Shown: positions 63,196 to 64,000 of the stretch, piece by piece
How the letters are laid out: the number at the start of each line of letters is the position of its first letter
Numbering within the stretch: the first letter of the stretch is position 1
Assembly: GCA_013265495.1 (NCBI GenBank)
Contig: MU057640.1
Location: 1,001,303 to 1,065,302, forward strand
DNA length: 64,000 nt
Direction of reading: 5' to 3'
From: Vicugna vicugna
Taxonomy: Eukaryota
Position numbers and translations under genes: made by a program
Notes under the pieces: generated by a model
Database searches by the model: none
Seen by the model: the letters and a program-made list of their open reading frames with translations, nothing else
What the model was told of the DNA's origin: nothing

Positions 63196-63544
63196 ATGAT
63201 GCTATACTCCTCTAATGATTGCAAGGCTAACCTTAACTCTAATGGGATGCAGCTTAATATGTTTTGACGTGAACCTTAACATCCATTTGAAACTAACTTA
63301 ATGGGTAAATCGTATATTAAGCTGCTAATTGAGTGGAGGACTGGTGATTACCTGAAAGAACTGTAAACCACTGCTTTCTCAGAACAGAGCTTCTACCTCC
63401 TAATTTAAAACAAATCAAGCTTCCCAAAGAGGAGGGCATTAAAGGAGCAAATGTGTGAATATGGGCTGATGGGTTACAGCAGCACTAGAAGAACTAATTA
63501 TGCTGCCCACCACCCTAACACCATTCTCTCTTTAAACGCTTCTC

Positions 63545-64000
63545 ATATGTACTGGCTATATGTGTTTATATATATGCACATATGTTTACATATATACTTG
63601 TATCTCCACACACAGTCTCATGAGTATACCTGTACCACATAGTCTCATATACACACACAGAGTCATATATATACACATAGTCATCTATATGTCTATATAT
63701 AGTCTCATATATATACATATACACAGTTTCACACCTACACACACCTAGAGGCTTACATATACACACAGAGAGTCATATATATACATATAGTCATATATAC
63801 ATGCCTATACACAGTCTCATATATATACTGACATATACGGAGTCTCATATATATACACACACAGTCTCATATATTTGCCTATATGTACAGTCTGTTATGT
63901 ATACCACATATAGAGTCTCACATAACATACATATACACACACAGTCTCATGTACATATCTGTATAAGTAGAGTCTCATACCTACATACACAGAGTCTCGT
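63545..64000. repeat. Compound low-complexity tandem repeat (AGTCTCAT core plus TA/CA dinucleotide runs), runs off the window end
   Basis: Recurrent AGTCTCAT/AGTCAT every ~20-30 bp, separated by (TA)n(CA)n. Confidence 0.85.

Overview
Eutherian mammal genomic DNA, most likely a camelid. It carries three short tRNA-derived SINEs resembling camelid Vic-1 and cetartiodactyl-type L1 3' ends, with no Alu, Bov-A/BovB, PRE-1 or Can-SINE. I found no convincing protein-coding exon, RNA gene or CRISPR array; the ORF track is explained by chance ORFs, decayed L1 ORF1/ORF2 and a 25-bp minisatellite. The window is mostly interspersed repeats (L1, an ORF2-less HAL1-like element, L2, MIR, MaLR/ERVL/ERV1 LTRs, hAT MITEs) separated by unique non-coding blocks. 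LTRs and most L1 sequence point to the + strand, suggesting a long intron of an unidentified minus-strand gene. Most notable: (1) a ~270-bp foldback element of internal sub-repeats inserted in an old L1, which I cannot assign to a family; (2) a palindromic 25-bp minisatellite inside an MLT1 LTR with one hyper-diverged, in-register unit; (3) a tailless internal L1 fragment with a perfect 10-bp TSD; (4) a twin-primed inverted L1 with a possible short 3' transduction; (5) a TATA/CCAAT/NF-kB promoter-like block with a splice donor at ~48.0-48.3 kb. Repeat family names come from recalled consensus sequences, not a database search, and old-repeat boundaries are approximate. I see no clear evidence of a new biological system beyond these candidates.
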